Shown here: positions 37,795 to 45,851 of the stretch, piece after piece
Numbering within the stretch: position 1 is the stretch's first letter
Layout of the letters: each line of letters opens with the position of its first letter
Program-made: the position numbers and the translations under genes
Source: an uncultured Myxococcales bacterium
Lineage (GTDB): Bacteria; Desulfobacterota; Binatia; UBA1149; CAYXZP01
Assembly (NCBI GenBank): GCA_964469485.1
Contig: CAYXZP010000001.1
Span: 3,660-67,659, forward strand
Direction: 5' to 3'
Length of the DNA stretch: 64,000 nt
Notes under the pieces: generated by a model
What the model was told of the DNA's origin: nothing
Databases searched by the model: none
Seen by the model: the letters and a program-made list of their open reading frames with translations, nothing else

Positions 37795-38811
37795 ATGAGG
37801 AGAGTGGCAGTATTTTTTGCGGTGGGGATATTCCTCGTCAGCTTCGCGGCAGTTGCCTCGGCTGATGAGGTTTCGGTGGGGGCTTCGGTCTCCTACACCA
37901 TGGACCTGAACGACCCGGCAACGGGCAACACCAGCATTTACGCCGGTGGTGAGCAGGACGAGGCCTTTGGCGTCGACCTGGTCCAGATCGGGGTCTCGGG
38001 TGCGCGCGGTGACGTTAGCTATGCCGCGGCGATCAATTTCGGTGACACGGCCGACTCGGCCGGTGACACCGAGGGTGGCAACGCCACCTTGGCGATCGCC
38101 AACATAGCCTACGACGCCGGTGGCGTTACTGTGACGGCAGGTCGTTTCGGCACGCCCATTGGCTACGAGGTTCTCGAGCCCTGGGGCAACGGCAACATCA
38201 GCCGTTCATATGGCTGGCAGGCCCAACCGATCAGCCACGACGGTGTGACCGTCAGCACGGCTGTCGGTGGCGCGGATGTCACGCTGGGTGTGGTGAACAA
38301 CTTCTCGGTCAACGACACGTCGAACGACGCCGATGACGAGATGGGGCTCATCGGCGCCCTCGGCACGGCGGTAGGCGACTGGAGCCTCAACCTTGCCGGT
38401 ATCGTGACCGAAGAGTCCGACACGACCGACATCACGATGGCTAACCTCATCCTTTCGGGTGAGTTGGCAGGAATGCCTCTGGCCATCGCGGCCAACTACA
38501 GAGAGAACGACGTCTCGGGGACCAAGACCGAGATGAACGGCGTGGCTCTGTACACGAGCACCAGCATCGGCTCGGCCGACCTCGACCTCCGTCTCGATCT
38601 CATCGATGACGAAGGCATCACGACGGGCGGCACGAACACCGAGGTCTGGGCCGTGACGGTCACGGCTTCCTGGGCACTGTCCGACGGTGTGGATCTCCGT
38701 CTCGAGTATCGTCACGACGATGCCGACGACGCGATCTTCAAAGACGATAGCTCCGGTGGTACCGACGACGCTCTGGACACCGTCCAGGCCCAGCTCGTCT
38801 GGAGCCCGTAG
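37795..38811 (+). CDS. Outer-membrane beta-barrel porin-like protein
   Basis: Strong SD GAAGGAGGAG 5 nt before the ATG. Signal peptide MRRVAVFFAVGIFLVSFAAVASA. Gly/Thr/Asp/Ala-rich sequence with alternating hydrophobic beta-strand pattern. C-terminal ...QAQLVWSP. Confidence 0.6.
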   Translation: MRRVAVFFAVGIFLVSFAAVASADEVSVGASVSYTMDLNDPATGNTSIYAGGEQDEAFGVDLVQIGVSGARGDVSYAAAINFGDTADSAGDTEGGNATLAIANIAYDAGGVTVTAGRFGTPIGYEVLEPWGNGNISRSYGWQAQPISHDGVTVSTAVGGADVTLGVVNNFSVNDTSNDADDEMGLIGALGTAVGDWSLNLAGIVTEESDTTDITMANLILSGELAGMPLAIAANYRENDVSGTKTEMNGVALYTSTSIGSADLDLRLDLIDDEGITTGGTNTEVWAVTVTASWALSDGVDLRLEYRHDDADDAIFKDDSSGGTDDALDTVQAQLVWSP

Positions 38812-38857
38812 GACCGATTTCCTGACCCTTAGTGTGACCCCCGGGTCGCACGGAAAG

Positions 38858-38886
38858 GCCCCGGCATTGCCGGGGCCTTTTTTTTG
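38858..38886 (+). terminator. Rho-independent terminator after the porin gene (probably bidirectional, shared with convergent tusA)
   Basis: GGCCCCGGCA-T-TGCCGGGGCC perfect stem followed by a 9-T run. Confidence 0.75.
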
Positions 38887-38898
38887 GCCCCGTCCGCT

Positions 38899-39153
38899 CT
38901 AGCGCTCTATAACGATAAGGGTGCTGCCGTTGCCCGGCTCTACGCTCACGACGGCGTGCCCCTCGGCCTCGGCCGCCCGTGGTATGTCGGTGCCGGCCCG
39001 GGGGTCATCGACGAGCAGCTCGAGGCGGGCACCGCGGGCCATGGTGGCCAGACGCGCCTTGGCCCGGGCCCAATTGAGCGGGCAGGCCACCCCCCGCAGG
39101 TCCAGGCAAATGGGAGCGGGGGGGCCGCCAGCGGGCTCTGTGGAGCGTGCCAT
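38899..39153 (-). CDS. tusA: TusA-family sulfurtransferase
   Basis: LDLRGVACPLNWARAKARL contains the CPxP motif. 84 aa. Confidence 0.75.
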   Translation of the reverse strand: MARSTEPAGGPPAPICLDLRGVACPLNWARAKARLATMARGARLELLVDDPRAGTDIPRAAEAEGHAVVSVEPGNGSTLIVIER

Positions 39154-39339
39154 GGGCGGCTCTTAGCAGGCTCCCACTAAACTGGCCACAGGGGCCCCTT
39201 TATTGCGCATTAAGGCCCCCAAACGGGGGGCATTCGGACTTGTTAAAAAGTCCGCTTCGGGCTTATCCTGCACGGGCGGTGTGCGGGCCTGTGTCCGCCC
39301 ACCAAAGATGTCCTGAATCAGCCTGGAGGGAGTTCGCAC

Positions 39340-41937
39340 ATGAGGTCAGCAAAGCATTTGGCACTTATCACCACGGCCGCGCTCCTGGCGCTAGGCCTTA
39401 CGGCGGGACCGGCCGGGGCCGCTTTCTCCAAGGGGGAGTTGAAGTGCCGTGGGATGATATCCAAGAACGGCATGAAGCTCGGCATGACGGCGGCCAAGGT
39501 TCTCGGGGGCTGCCACAAGTCGCGGGCCAAGGGCAAGGTTCCCGTTGCCACCGATTGCAACTCCATCGATGCGGCCGACTCCAAGGGCAAGTTCGGCAAG
39601 ACCAAGACCAAGCTCGAGAGCGCCGTGGGCGGGGCCAAGGACAAGTGCGTGGGGCTTTCCCCCGCCAACCTCGGCTATAGCGGGTGCCCGGACCCCTGTA
39701 GCGGGATCGCGATAGACGATTTCAGCGACGTAGCGGACTGCACGGTGTGCCTGGTCAAATCGCACGCGGAGGCCATGGCGGCCGCCGCGCTCGGGAGCCC
39801 CTCGGTTCCCATGGACAAGGGCGATGCCAAGTGCCACGGCGGCGTAGGCAAGAACCAGGGCAAGCATTTCTCTACCGTTCTCAAGGAACGTGTGAAGTGT
39901 CAGAACAGCGCCGAGAAGAAAGAGGGCGAGACCACCACCACCTGGTGCGCCGCGGCCAACCCAAAACAAAAGATATCGAGGTCGCGGTCGAAGTCTGAGG
40001 CGGGGATAGACAAATCCTGCGGTTCGGCCGACCTGGCCAACGTCGACTCCTGCGATGACCTGAGCGTTGCCGGGCTCAAGTCCTGCGCCCTCGACGATGC
40101 CGACACCCGGGGCAACACGCTCTTCCTGGCCTTCTATTCGGCATCGGCACCGGCCACCACGACCACCACGACGACAACCACCACAACGACCATCAGCGTC
40201 GGTCCGCAGGACCCGCGCTGTCCGGATCACGGCACCATCACGGTCTATGCCGGCTTCGGCGCGGCCTGTAACAACGATTTGGACTGTCCGGTCGGAAACT
40301 GCGACGTGGCGCTAGGCCGCTGCGTGACGGTCACCCGGCTCAACACCGGCGGTAGCGGCATCGCCCACGGCGGTGACGTGAACAACGTCGTGGCCACGGC
40401 TGGCCGCATACGATGCGAGGGGCCCTTCGACGAGAACAGCGCCGAGCCCTGCGGGACCTGCACGGTCCTCGGCCTGGACCCGGCCACCGGCAACTGCCGT
40501 TGTGCCGGGGACAACCGGCAGGTCTGCGACCAGCCTTTCCAATCCGACGCCGATGACTGCGGCGGGGCGATCTGCAACTGTTACTTCGGACCGCCGCTTC
40601 CCTTCTCGGCCGGCAACACGCCGGCCTGCGTGGTCAACCGCTTCGCGCAGCAGACCGTCGGTTCGGTCAAGCCCGACACCGGCGAGGGCAGCATCGAGGC
40701 CCACCTGCGCGCGGTGGCCTATCTTGGTGAGTCGCTTATCGCCCCCTGCCCCTACTGCGACGGGGACGGGACATTCAATGACGGACTCCGCGAGGGGACC
40801 TGTGTTCTTGGCACGAACGACGGCGAGAGCTGCGATGCCAACGGCATGAACGAGAGCTTCCCCGGACCCAATGGCGGTGGCCACAGTCTCGATTGTTTCC
40901 CGAGTCCCGGTAAGAACGTTTCGGGTGCGGGTCTGCAGATCGATCTGACCCAATCGACCGGCTCGGTGGAGTTGGCCGCCGGCCTGGCGTGCGGGTTCCC
41001 GTTCTTCAACCAGAACTGCCCCTGCCGGCAGTGCACCGGGGACACGACCGTGCCCTGCTCCAGCGACGCCGACTGCGACGCGGTGGGCGGCACCTGTTCG
41101 TCGCTTGGGGCGGGTACCAATGTCGGCCCGAATGGTTGCGACGGTTACCTTTGCGAGGCCCAGACGGATAGTGGCGGCAACCCGACCGTGTTCGGACAGT
41201 GCGCCACCGGACCGGACAGCCAGTTCTGTGACGGGGTCCTCAGGGCCAGCGGCGCGGGCTACATCGCCTGTCAGGGCGATGCCGATTGCACTATGAGCGT
41301 GATCGGTATCGACGCCGGCGCCTGTACGCTCACGCAACGGCGGGGCTGCTTCCTCGATCCCATCCAAGCCAGCGGCCAGGCCCATCCCACCGAACCGGTC
41401 GGTGTGGCCCTGTTCTGCATACCGCCCACCGGCAATGCCGGCATCAACGGTGTGGCCGGGCTGCCCGGAGCCGGCCAGGTCATCAACCAGGCCAAGTCGG
41501 AGGCCTACTGTCCCGACGGTTCCGCCTACGTTGCCGGTGCGGGCTGCGCCTCCGAGCAGGCCACCTGGCCTGTGGTCTGGGATATCCTCAAGACCAACTG
41601 TGCCGCCTGCCATGGTGGCGACGCCAACTCTGGCGGTTTTGCCGGTATCGACTGGACCTCCGCGATGGCCTTCCAGGCCGTCATGGGCGGTAGCTCACAG
41701 GTGCCGGGGTATTTCCTGGTCGAGAGCGGTAATTCGGCAATGAGCTACCTGATGCACAAGCTCGACGGCACCCAGGCTAACTTTAACTGTGAGGCCTACT
41801 CCGACGAGAGCTTCGTGTGTCCCGATGGCTGGCCTGACCAAGTGGCCGGTGCGCAGATGCCGCTCGGTGGTCAGCTCTCGGATACCGACCGCGAGCTTAT
41901 CCGTGCCTGGATAAACGCGGGGACACCATACCCGTAG
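39340..41937 (+). CDS. Large secreted Cys-rich protein with an N-terminal Lys-rich duplicated module, poly-Thr linker, Cys-rich body and C-terminal PSCyt1-like c-type cytochrome domain
   Basis: Signal peptide MRSAKHLALITTAALLALGLTAGPAGA. About 56 Cys by manual count. 12 consecutive Thr. The C-terminal region VVWDILKTNCAACHGG...MPLGGQLSDTDRELIRAWINAGTPYP matches the Planctomycete cytochrome c (PSCyt1) consensus and includes a CxxCH motif. Confidence 0.7.
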   Translation: MRSAKHLALITTAALLALGLTAGPAGAAFSKGELKCRGMISKNGMKLGMTAAKVLGGCHKSRAKGKVPVATDCNSIDAADSKGKFGKTKTKLESAVGGAKDKCVGLSPANLGYSGCPDPCSGIAIDDFSDVADCTVCLVKSHAEAMAAAALGSPSVPMDKGDAKCHGGVGKNQGKHFSTVLKERVKCQNSAEKKEGETTTTWCAAANPKQKISRSRSKSEAGIDKSCGSADLANVDSCDDLSVAGLKSCALDDADTRGNTLFLAFYSASAPATTTTTTTTTTTTISVGPQDPRCPDHGTITVYAGFGAACNNDLDCPVGNCDVALGRCVTVTRLNTGGSGIAHGGDVNNVVATAGRIRCEGPFDENSAEPCGTCTVLGLDPATGNCRCAGDNRQVCDQPFQSDADDCGGAICNCYFGPPLPFSAGNTPACVVNRFAQQTVGSVKPDTGEGSIEAHLRAVAYLGESLIAPCPYCDGDGTFNDGLREGTCVLGTNDGESCDANGMNESFPGPNGGGHSLDCFPSPGKNVSGAGLQIDLTQSTGSVELAAGLACGFPFFNQNCPCRQCTGDTTVPCSSDADCDAVGGTCSSLGAGTNVGPNGCDGYLCEAQTDSGGNPTVFGQCATGPDSQFCDGVLRASGAGYIACQGDADCTMSVIGIDAGACTLTQRRGCFLDPIQASGQAHPTEPVGVALFCIPPTGNAGINGVAGLPGAGQVINQAKSEAYCPDGSAYVAGAGCASEQATWPVVWDILKTNCAACHGGDANSGGFAGIDWTSAMAFQAVMGGSSQVPGYFLVESGNSAMSYLMHKLDGTQANFNCEAYSDESFVCPDGWPDQVAGAQMPLGGQLSDTDRELIRAWINAGTPYP
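40156..40191 (+). repeat. Imperfect ACC/ACG/ACA trinucleotide tract encoding 12 consecutive Thr
   Basis: acc acg acc acc acg acg aca acc acc aca acg acc. Confidence 0.9.
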
Positions 41938-41965
41938 GCCGAACGGTTCAGGTATCTTCGATGAA

Positions 41966-41992
41966 GGGGGCGGAAATTTCCGCTCCCTTTTT
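41966..41992 (+). terminator. Rho-independent terminator after the Cys-rich protein gene
   Basis: GGGGGCGGAAA/TTTCCGCTCCC hairpin with one mismatch, followed by TTTTT. Confidence 0.65.
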
Positions 41993-42142
41993 CGTGGGAA
42001 AACGCCGGGCGGCAAAATAGTCCGCTGGTGAATATGGACCGGCCAAATCCAAAGCGTCCTTTTGTGCGTCCTTATCCCTATCCGTCATTGTCCGGCCCTG
42101 GGTCCACGGTTTAGCTGTCGGCAGAACTATGGGGGTAAGCCG

Positions 42143-42406
42143 ATGAGAACCAGGCTATCGAAGATACTCTACGACAAGGGCTGGACCGAGATGGAGCTTT
42201 CGCGCCGTACCGGGCTGGCCCAGAGCTACATCAACCGGGTCAAGAACTCGCGCGTGGTACCGACCGTGCGTACGGCCATGAAGATCTGCACCGCTCTCGG
42301 GGTGGCCGTCGAGGATGCCTTCATCTATGAGGAGAAGCCCTTCGGCATAGAGCGCGGGCAGTATTTCCCGACGCTACGCTCGCGCAGCCCCGAACGCCGT
42401 CTCTGA
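42143..42406 (+). CDS. XRE-family helix-turn-helix transcriptional regulator
   Basis: MRTRLSKILYDKGWTEMELSRRTGLAQSYINRVKNS HTH motif. SD GGGGTAAG precedes the ATG at 42143. The ORF-track start at 42062 is probably too far upstream. Confidence 0.7.
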   Translation: MRTRLSKILYDKGWTEMELSRRTGLAQSYINRVKNSRVVPTVRTAMKICTALGVAVEDAFIYEEKPFGIERGQYFPTLRSRSPERRL

Positions 42407-42459
42407 GCCCCCGGGTTTGCAGGCCCGGCCGCGTTGCCGCTAACCTCGGGCGGTCTGCC

Positions 42460-43479
42460 ATGAACACGGAAGCCACGGCCATGGGGTCTCTCAAGATCGG
42501 GGAGGTCCGTAGCAGGACCAACCTGGTGCTCTCGCCCATGTCGGGCATAACAGACTGCGCCTTTCGCCGTCTGGTACGCGAAATGAGCGGGCCCGCGCTC
42601 GGCCTGGTCGTGAGCGAGTTCGTCTCTGCCGAGGGCCTTACCCGCGGCAACGCCAAGACCCGGGCCATGCTGCGGCTCGAGGAATGCGAACGGCCGATAT
42701 CCATACAGATATTCGGGGCTGACGTGGACCGCATGGCGCGCGCGGCAGAGATGGCCGAGGAGGCCGGTGCCGACATCATCGACGTCAACTGCGGATGTCC
42801 GGCGCCCAAGGTCGTGCGCCGCGGCGGCGGGGCTGAGCTGATGCGCCAGCCCGACCGGCTGCGCTCGATACTGAGGGCCATCAGGAGGCGGGTCTCGATC
42901 CCGATGACGGTCAAGATCCGCTCGGGCTGGGACGACGCTTCGCTCAACGCCATGGAGATCGCCCGCCTGGCGGCCGGCGAGGGTGCGGCCATGCTCGCCG
43001 TCCACGGACGCACACGGCGCGCCCTTTACACGGGCGCGGCCGATTGGGACCTGGTCGCCCGTATAAAGCGCGAGATTGAAATTCCGATCGTCGGCAGCGG
43101 CGACCTGGCAGACCCCGATACCGTGCTCTCGCGCATGGACGAGACCGGCGTGGACGGCGTCATGATAGGGCGGACCGCCATATACAACCCGTGGATATTC
43201 TCCCAGGTGCTCGCCCGTGCCCGTGGCCTTGCGGTCGAGCAACCGGCGGCGGCCGAGCGCATGCGGGCCGTGCTGCGCTTCCGCCAGCTGTTGGCCGAAA
43301 CCTCTGAAGAGCGTGCATACCTGGGCCGTCTTCGCGGTATCGCCTGCCGCTTGGTAAAGGGCATACCGGGGAGCGCCGCCACCCGCCAGGCCCTGGGTCG
43401 GGCGCGAAGCGCCGACGAGGTCGAGGACGTCCTCGGGGTTGCGCTCGGGTCCGGGCGCCGGCTGGCCGAGGTCGCCTGA
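42460..43479 (+). CDS. dusB: tRNA-dihydrouridine synthase
   Basis: Dus family TIM barrel (SPMSGITD, NCGCP motifs). Confidence 0.9.
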   Translation: MNTEATAMGSLKIGEVRSRTNLVLSPMSGITDCAFRRLVREMSGPALGLVVSEFVSAEGLTRGNAKTRAMLRLEECERPISIQIFGADVDRMARAAEMAEEAGADIIDVNCGCPAPKVVRRGGGAELMRQPDRLRSILRAIRRRVSIPMTVKIRSGWDDASLNAMEIARLAAGEGAAMLAVHGRTRRALYTGAADWDLVARIKREIEIPIVGSGDLADPDTVLSRMDETGVDGVMIGRTAIYNPWIFSQVLARARGLAVEQPAAAERMRAVLRFRQLLAETSEERAYLGRLRGIACRLVKGIPGSAATRQALGRARSADEVEDVLGVALGSGRRLAEVA

Positions 43480-43493
43480 AGGGGTCTGAGACG

Positions 43494-43982
43494 ATGGCTG
43501 AGAGCTACGAGGTCTTCGTGGCCAAGGACTCTTTCAAGTTCAACGCGGCCCATTTCCAGGTCTATGATGGTTTTCGCGAGCGGCTGCACGGCCACAACTA
43601 CCGTGTCTCGGTCCGGGTGGAGGGCCGTCTGGGGACGGATGGCTACGTTGTCGATTTCGGCGACATCAAGCAGGTCGCACGCGAGATCTGCGACGAACTG
43701 AACGAGCGCGTCATCGTCCCGGCCGCCAATGAGACGCTCGTGATAGAAAAAAGCGGTGGCCAGATCGAGATAAGTTGCCAGGACGGTTCGCGTTTCAGTC
43801 TGCCGGCTGACGACTGCGTGCTGCTGCCTATCGCCCACTCATCGGCCGAGGAACTGGCATCCTATCTGGCCGCCCGTTTCGTCGAACGCCTGGCCATCCT
43901 TCCCGAGCGCGGTGCCGAGGCGATAGAGCTTGTCGTCGAAGAGGCTCCGGGGCAGGAAGCCAGGTGCCGGCTCGAGCTCTGA
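43494..43982 (+). CDS. queD: 6-carboxy-5,6,7,8-tetrahydropterin synthase
   Basis: FKFNAAHF...HGHNY signature of the QueD/PTPS family. Confidence 0.85.
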   Translation: MAESYEVFVAKDSFKFNAAHFQVYDGFRERLHGHNYRVSVRVEGRLGTDGYVVDFGDIKQVAREICDELNERVIVPAANETLVIEKSGGQIEISCQDGSRFSLPADDCVLLPIAHSSAEELASYLAARFVERLAILPERGAEAIELVVEEAPGQEARCRLEL

Positions 43983-44248
43983 GCGGCATTATTACGGTCT
44001 GCCTCGTGGCAACCGTAGGCTGCTCACGGCCCCTGCCCGAGGAGCCGGGACCGGATGCGGCTCTTTACCGCGAAAAGTGCGGCATCTGCCACCAGGCCTT
44101 CCAGCCTGCCCTGTTGACGGCCGCCATGTGGCGCACTCAGGTCGAGCGTATGGCCGCCGCGGAGATGAAGAGGGCCGCGGTGACGCTATCGGAGGGGGAC
44201 AAGCAACGGCTGCTGGCCTATCTGACCCGTAACGCCGCCGGCCGCTGA
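43964..44248 (+). CDS. Small lipoprotein with a single CxxCH motif (putative monoheme c-type cytochrome-like protein)
   Basis: Lipobox-like LVATVGCS. CGICH heme-binding motif. 94 aa. Overlaps the queD 3' end by 19 nt. Confidence 0.4.
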   Translation: MPARALSGIITVCLVATVGCSRPLPEEPGPDAALYREKCGICHQAFQPALLTAAMWRTQVERMAAAEMKRAAVTLSEGDKQRLLAYLTRNAAGR

Positions 44249-44256
44249 GCGCCGGC

Positions 44257-45546
44257 TCAGGCCAGCGCCCGCGCCCGAAGCTCTTCCAGTTCGGTCGTTT
44301 CTTTGGGGGCCGCTGTGGTCAGAACCTCGTGGCCGCCGGCAGTCACCAGGACATCGTCTTCGATACGAACGCCTATGCCCCGGAACTGTCGTGGGCAGGC
44401 GGCGTCCTCGGGGACGTATATGCCGGGCTCGACGGTGAGCACCATGCCGGGCTCGAGCAGGCGTGCGCCGTTGTCGCCGTAACTACCCGGATCGTGGACG
44501 TCCATACCCAACCAATGTCCGGTCCTGTGCATGTAGTAGCTGGTGTAGGCGCCCGACTCGATGCACTCCTCCGTGCTGCCCTCTAAAAGTCCGAGCTCTA
44601 TCATGGCCGGGACCATCGAGGTGACGGCTCTCATGTTGACCTCCTGGTAACTGGTTCCCGGAGCCACGGCCTCGATCGCGACCTTCTGGGCCTCCAGGAC
44701 CACCTCGTAGATCTCCCGCTGCCCGGCCGAGTAGGAAGCGCCCACCGGTATGGTGCGGGTTATGTCGGCGCAGTAGCCGCCCCACTCGCCGCCGGCATCG
44801 AGCAGCAGGAGGTCGCCGTCACACGTGGTGCGGTCGTTGCGGGTGTAGTGCAGTATGGTGGCGTTCGACCCCGAGGCGGCGATCGTGGGGTAGGCCGGTC
44901 CCGCGCAACCGGCACGCCGGAACTCGTGTTCGATGGCCGCTTCTATCTCATACTCGGCCATGCCGGGCCGCAACCGTTCGGCAAGATCGCGGTGGGCGCG
45001 CGCACTAATCGCGGTGGCCTGGCGCATCACCTCTATCTCTTCGGCTTCCTTGACCACCCGAAACTCACCAAAAAGCTCTGCGGCCGAACGCAGCTCGAGG
45101 CCGCCGTTGGCCTTGATCAACTCGCGGAGCTTGGCCGCGGCGCGCGCCTCCAGCGGAGGGTCGTAGTAAAGAACGGCGGTTCGCCCGAGTGCTTCGGCAA
45201 GGACCCCGGGCCAGTCCTCGAGCGCGTGGGCATGGCAGGCCCCGTAACGCTCGGCCGCTCCTTCAGGGCCGAGGCGTGGGCCGGTCCAGCGTTCCCTTTC
45301 CGGATCGCGCCCTTCGACGAAGAGCGTGAACTCTCCGTCCGGGCCCCCGAACATGAGACAGGCCGGGTCCTCGTAGCCCGCCAGATAACGGATGTTGGTA
45401 TCGGGGCGGTAGCGGTAGCAGACATCATTGGAGTAGACGGCTTCGGGCGGACCGGCGATGAAGACGAGAGCGTCGGCTCCGACGGCCTCGAGCATCCGGC
45501 GGCGGCGCTGAGCGTGGATCTCGGCCTTGGGTCCGTTGGGCGTCAC
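44257..45546 (-). CDS. pepP: Xaa-Pro aminopeptidase (M24 family)
   Basis: Creatinase N-domain plus pita-bread domain. HRTGHWLGMDVHD metal-ligand motif. Confidence 0.85.
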   Translation of the reverse strand: MTPNGPKAEIHAQRRRRMLEAVGADALVFIAGPPEAVYSNDVCYRYRPDTNIRYLAGYEDPACLMFGGPDGEFTLFVEGRDPERERWTGPRLGPEGAAERYGACHAHALEDWPGVLAEALGRTAVLYYDPPLEARAAAKLRELIKANGGLELRSAAELFGEFRVVKEAEEIEVMRQATAISARAHRDLAERLRPGMAEYEIEAAIEHEFRRAGCAGPAYPTIAASGSNATILHYTRNDRTTCDGDLLLLDAGGEWGGYCADITRTIPVGASYSAGQREIYEVVLEAQKVAIEAVAPGTSYQEVNMRAVTSMVPAMIELGLLEGSTEECIESGAYTSYYMHRTGHWLGMDVHDPGSYGDNGARLLEPGMVLTVEPGIYVPEDAACPRQFRGIGVRIEDDVLVTAGGHEVLTTAAPKETTELEELRARALA

Positions 45547-45830
45547 GGCGAGCCTTCGGGCGCGGGGAAGACCTGTTTGAAGGGATGTATCTCCACCTCG
45601 GCGAAGACGCCGCCCTCATTGTACGGGTCCCTGTCCGCGAAACGACGCGCGGCCTTCTCGTCGGTGAGGTCGATCACGATGAGACTGCCCGCGGCGTCGG
45701 TAAGCGGACCTGCCAGCGCAAGTTTGCCGCGCTGGTCGAAGGTCTCGAGGTATTCGAGGTGCGCCGAGCGAAGCCGGGGCCTTAGCTCCTTTGCATCGGG
45801 TCCGTCGTGACAGATAATAACGAACAGCAT
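45543..45830 (-). CDS. YciI-family protein
   Basis: MLFVIICHDGPDAKELRPRLR...H.YL... typical YciI-like ferredoxin-fold stress protein. 95 aa. Confidence 0.65.
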   Translation of the reverse strand: MLFVIICHDGPDAKELRPRLRSAHLEYLETFDQRGKLALAGPLTDAAGSLIVIDLTDEKAARRFADRDPYNEGGVFAEVEIHPFKQVFPAPEGSP

Positions 45831-45851
45831 TGACCGAATATCTAGCCGACC

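Noticed and set aside
42062-42142. N-terminal 27 residues of the XRE ORF (MCVLIPIRHCPALGPRFSCRQNYGGKP)
   Set aside because: Cys/Pro-rich, no SD. The real start with GGGGTAAG SD is the ATG at 42143.
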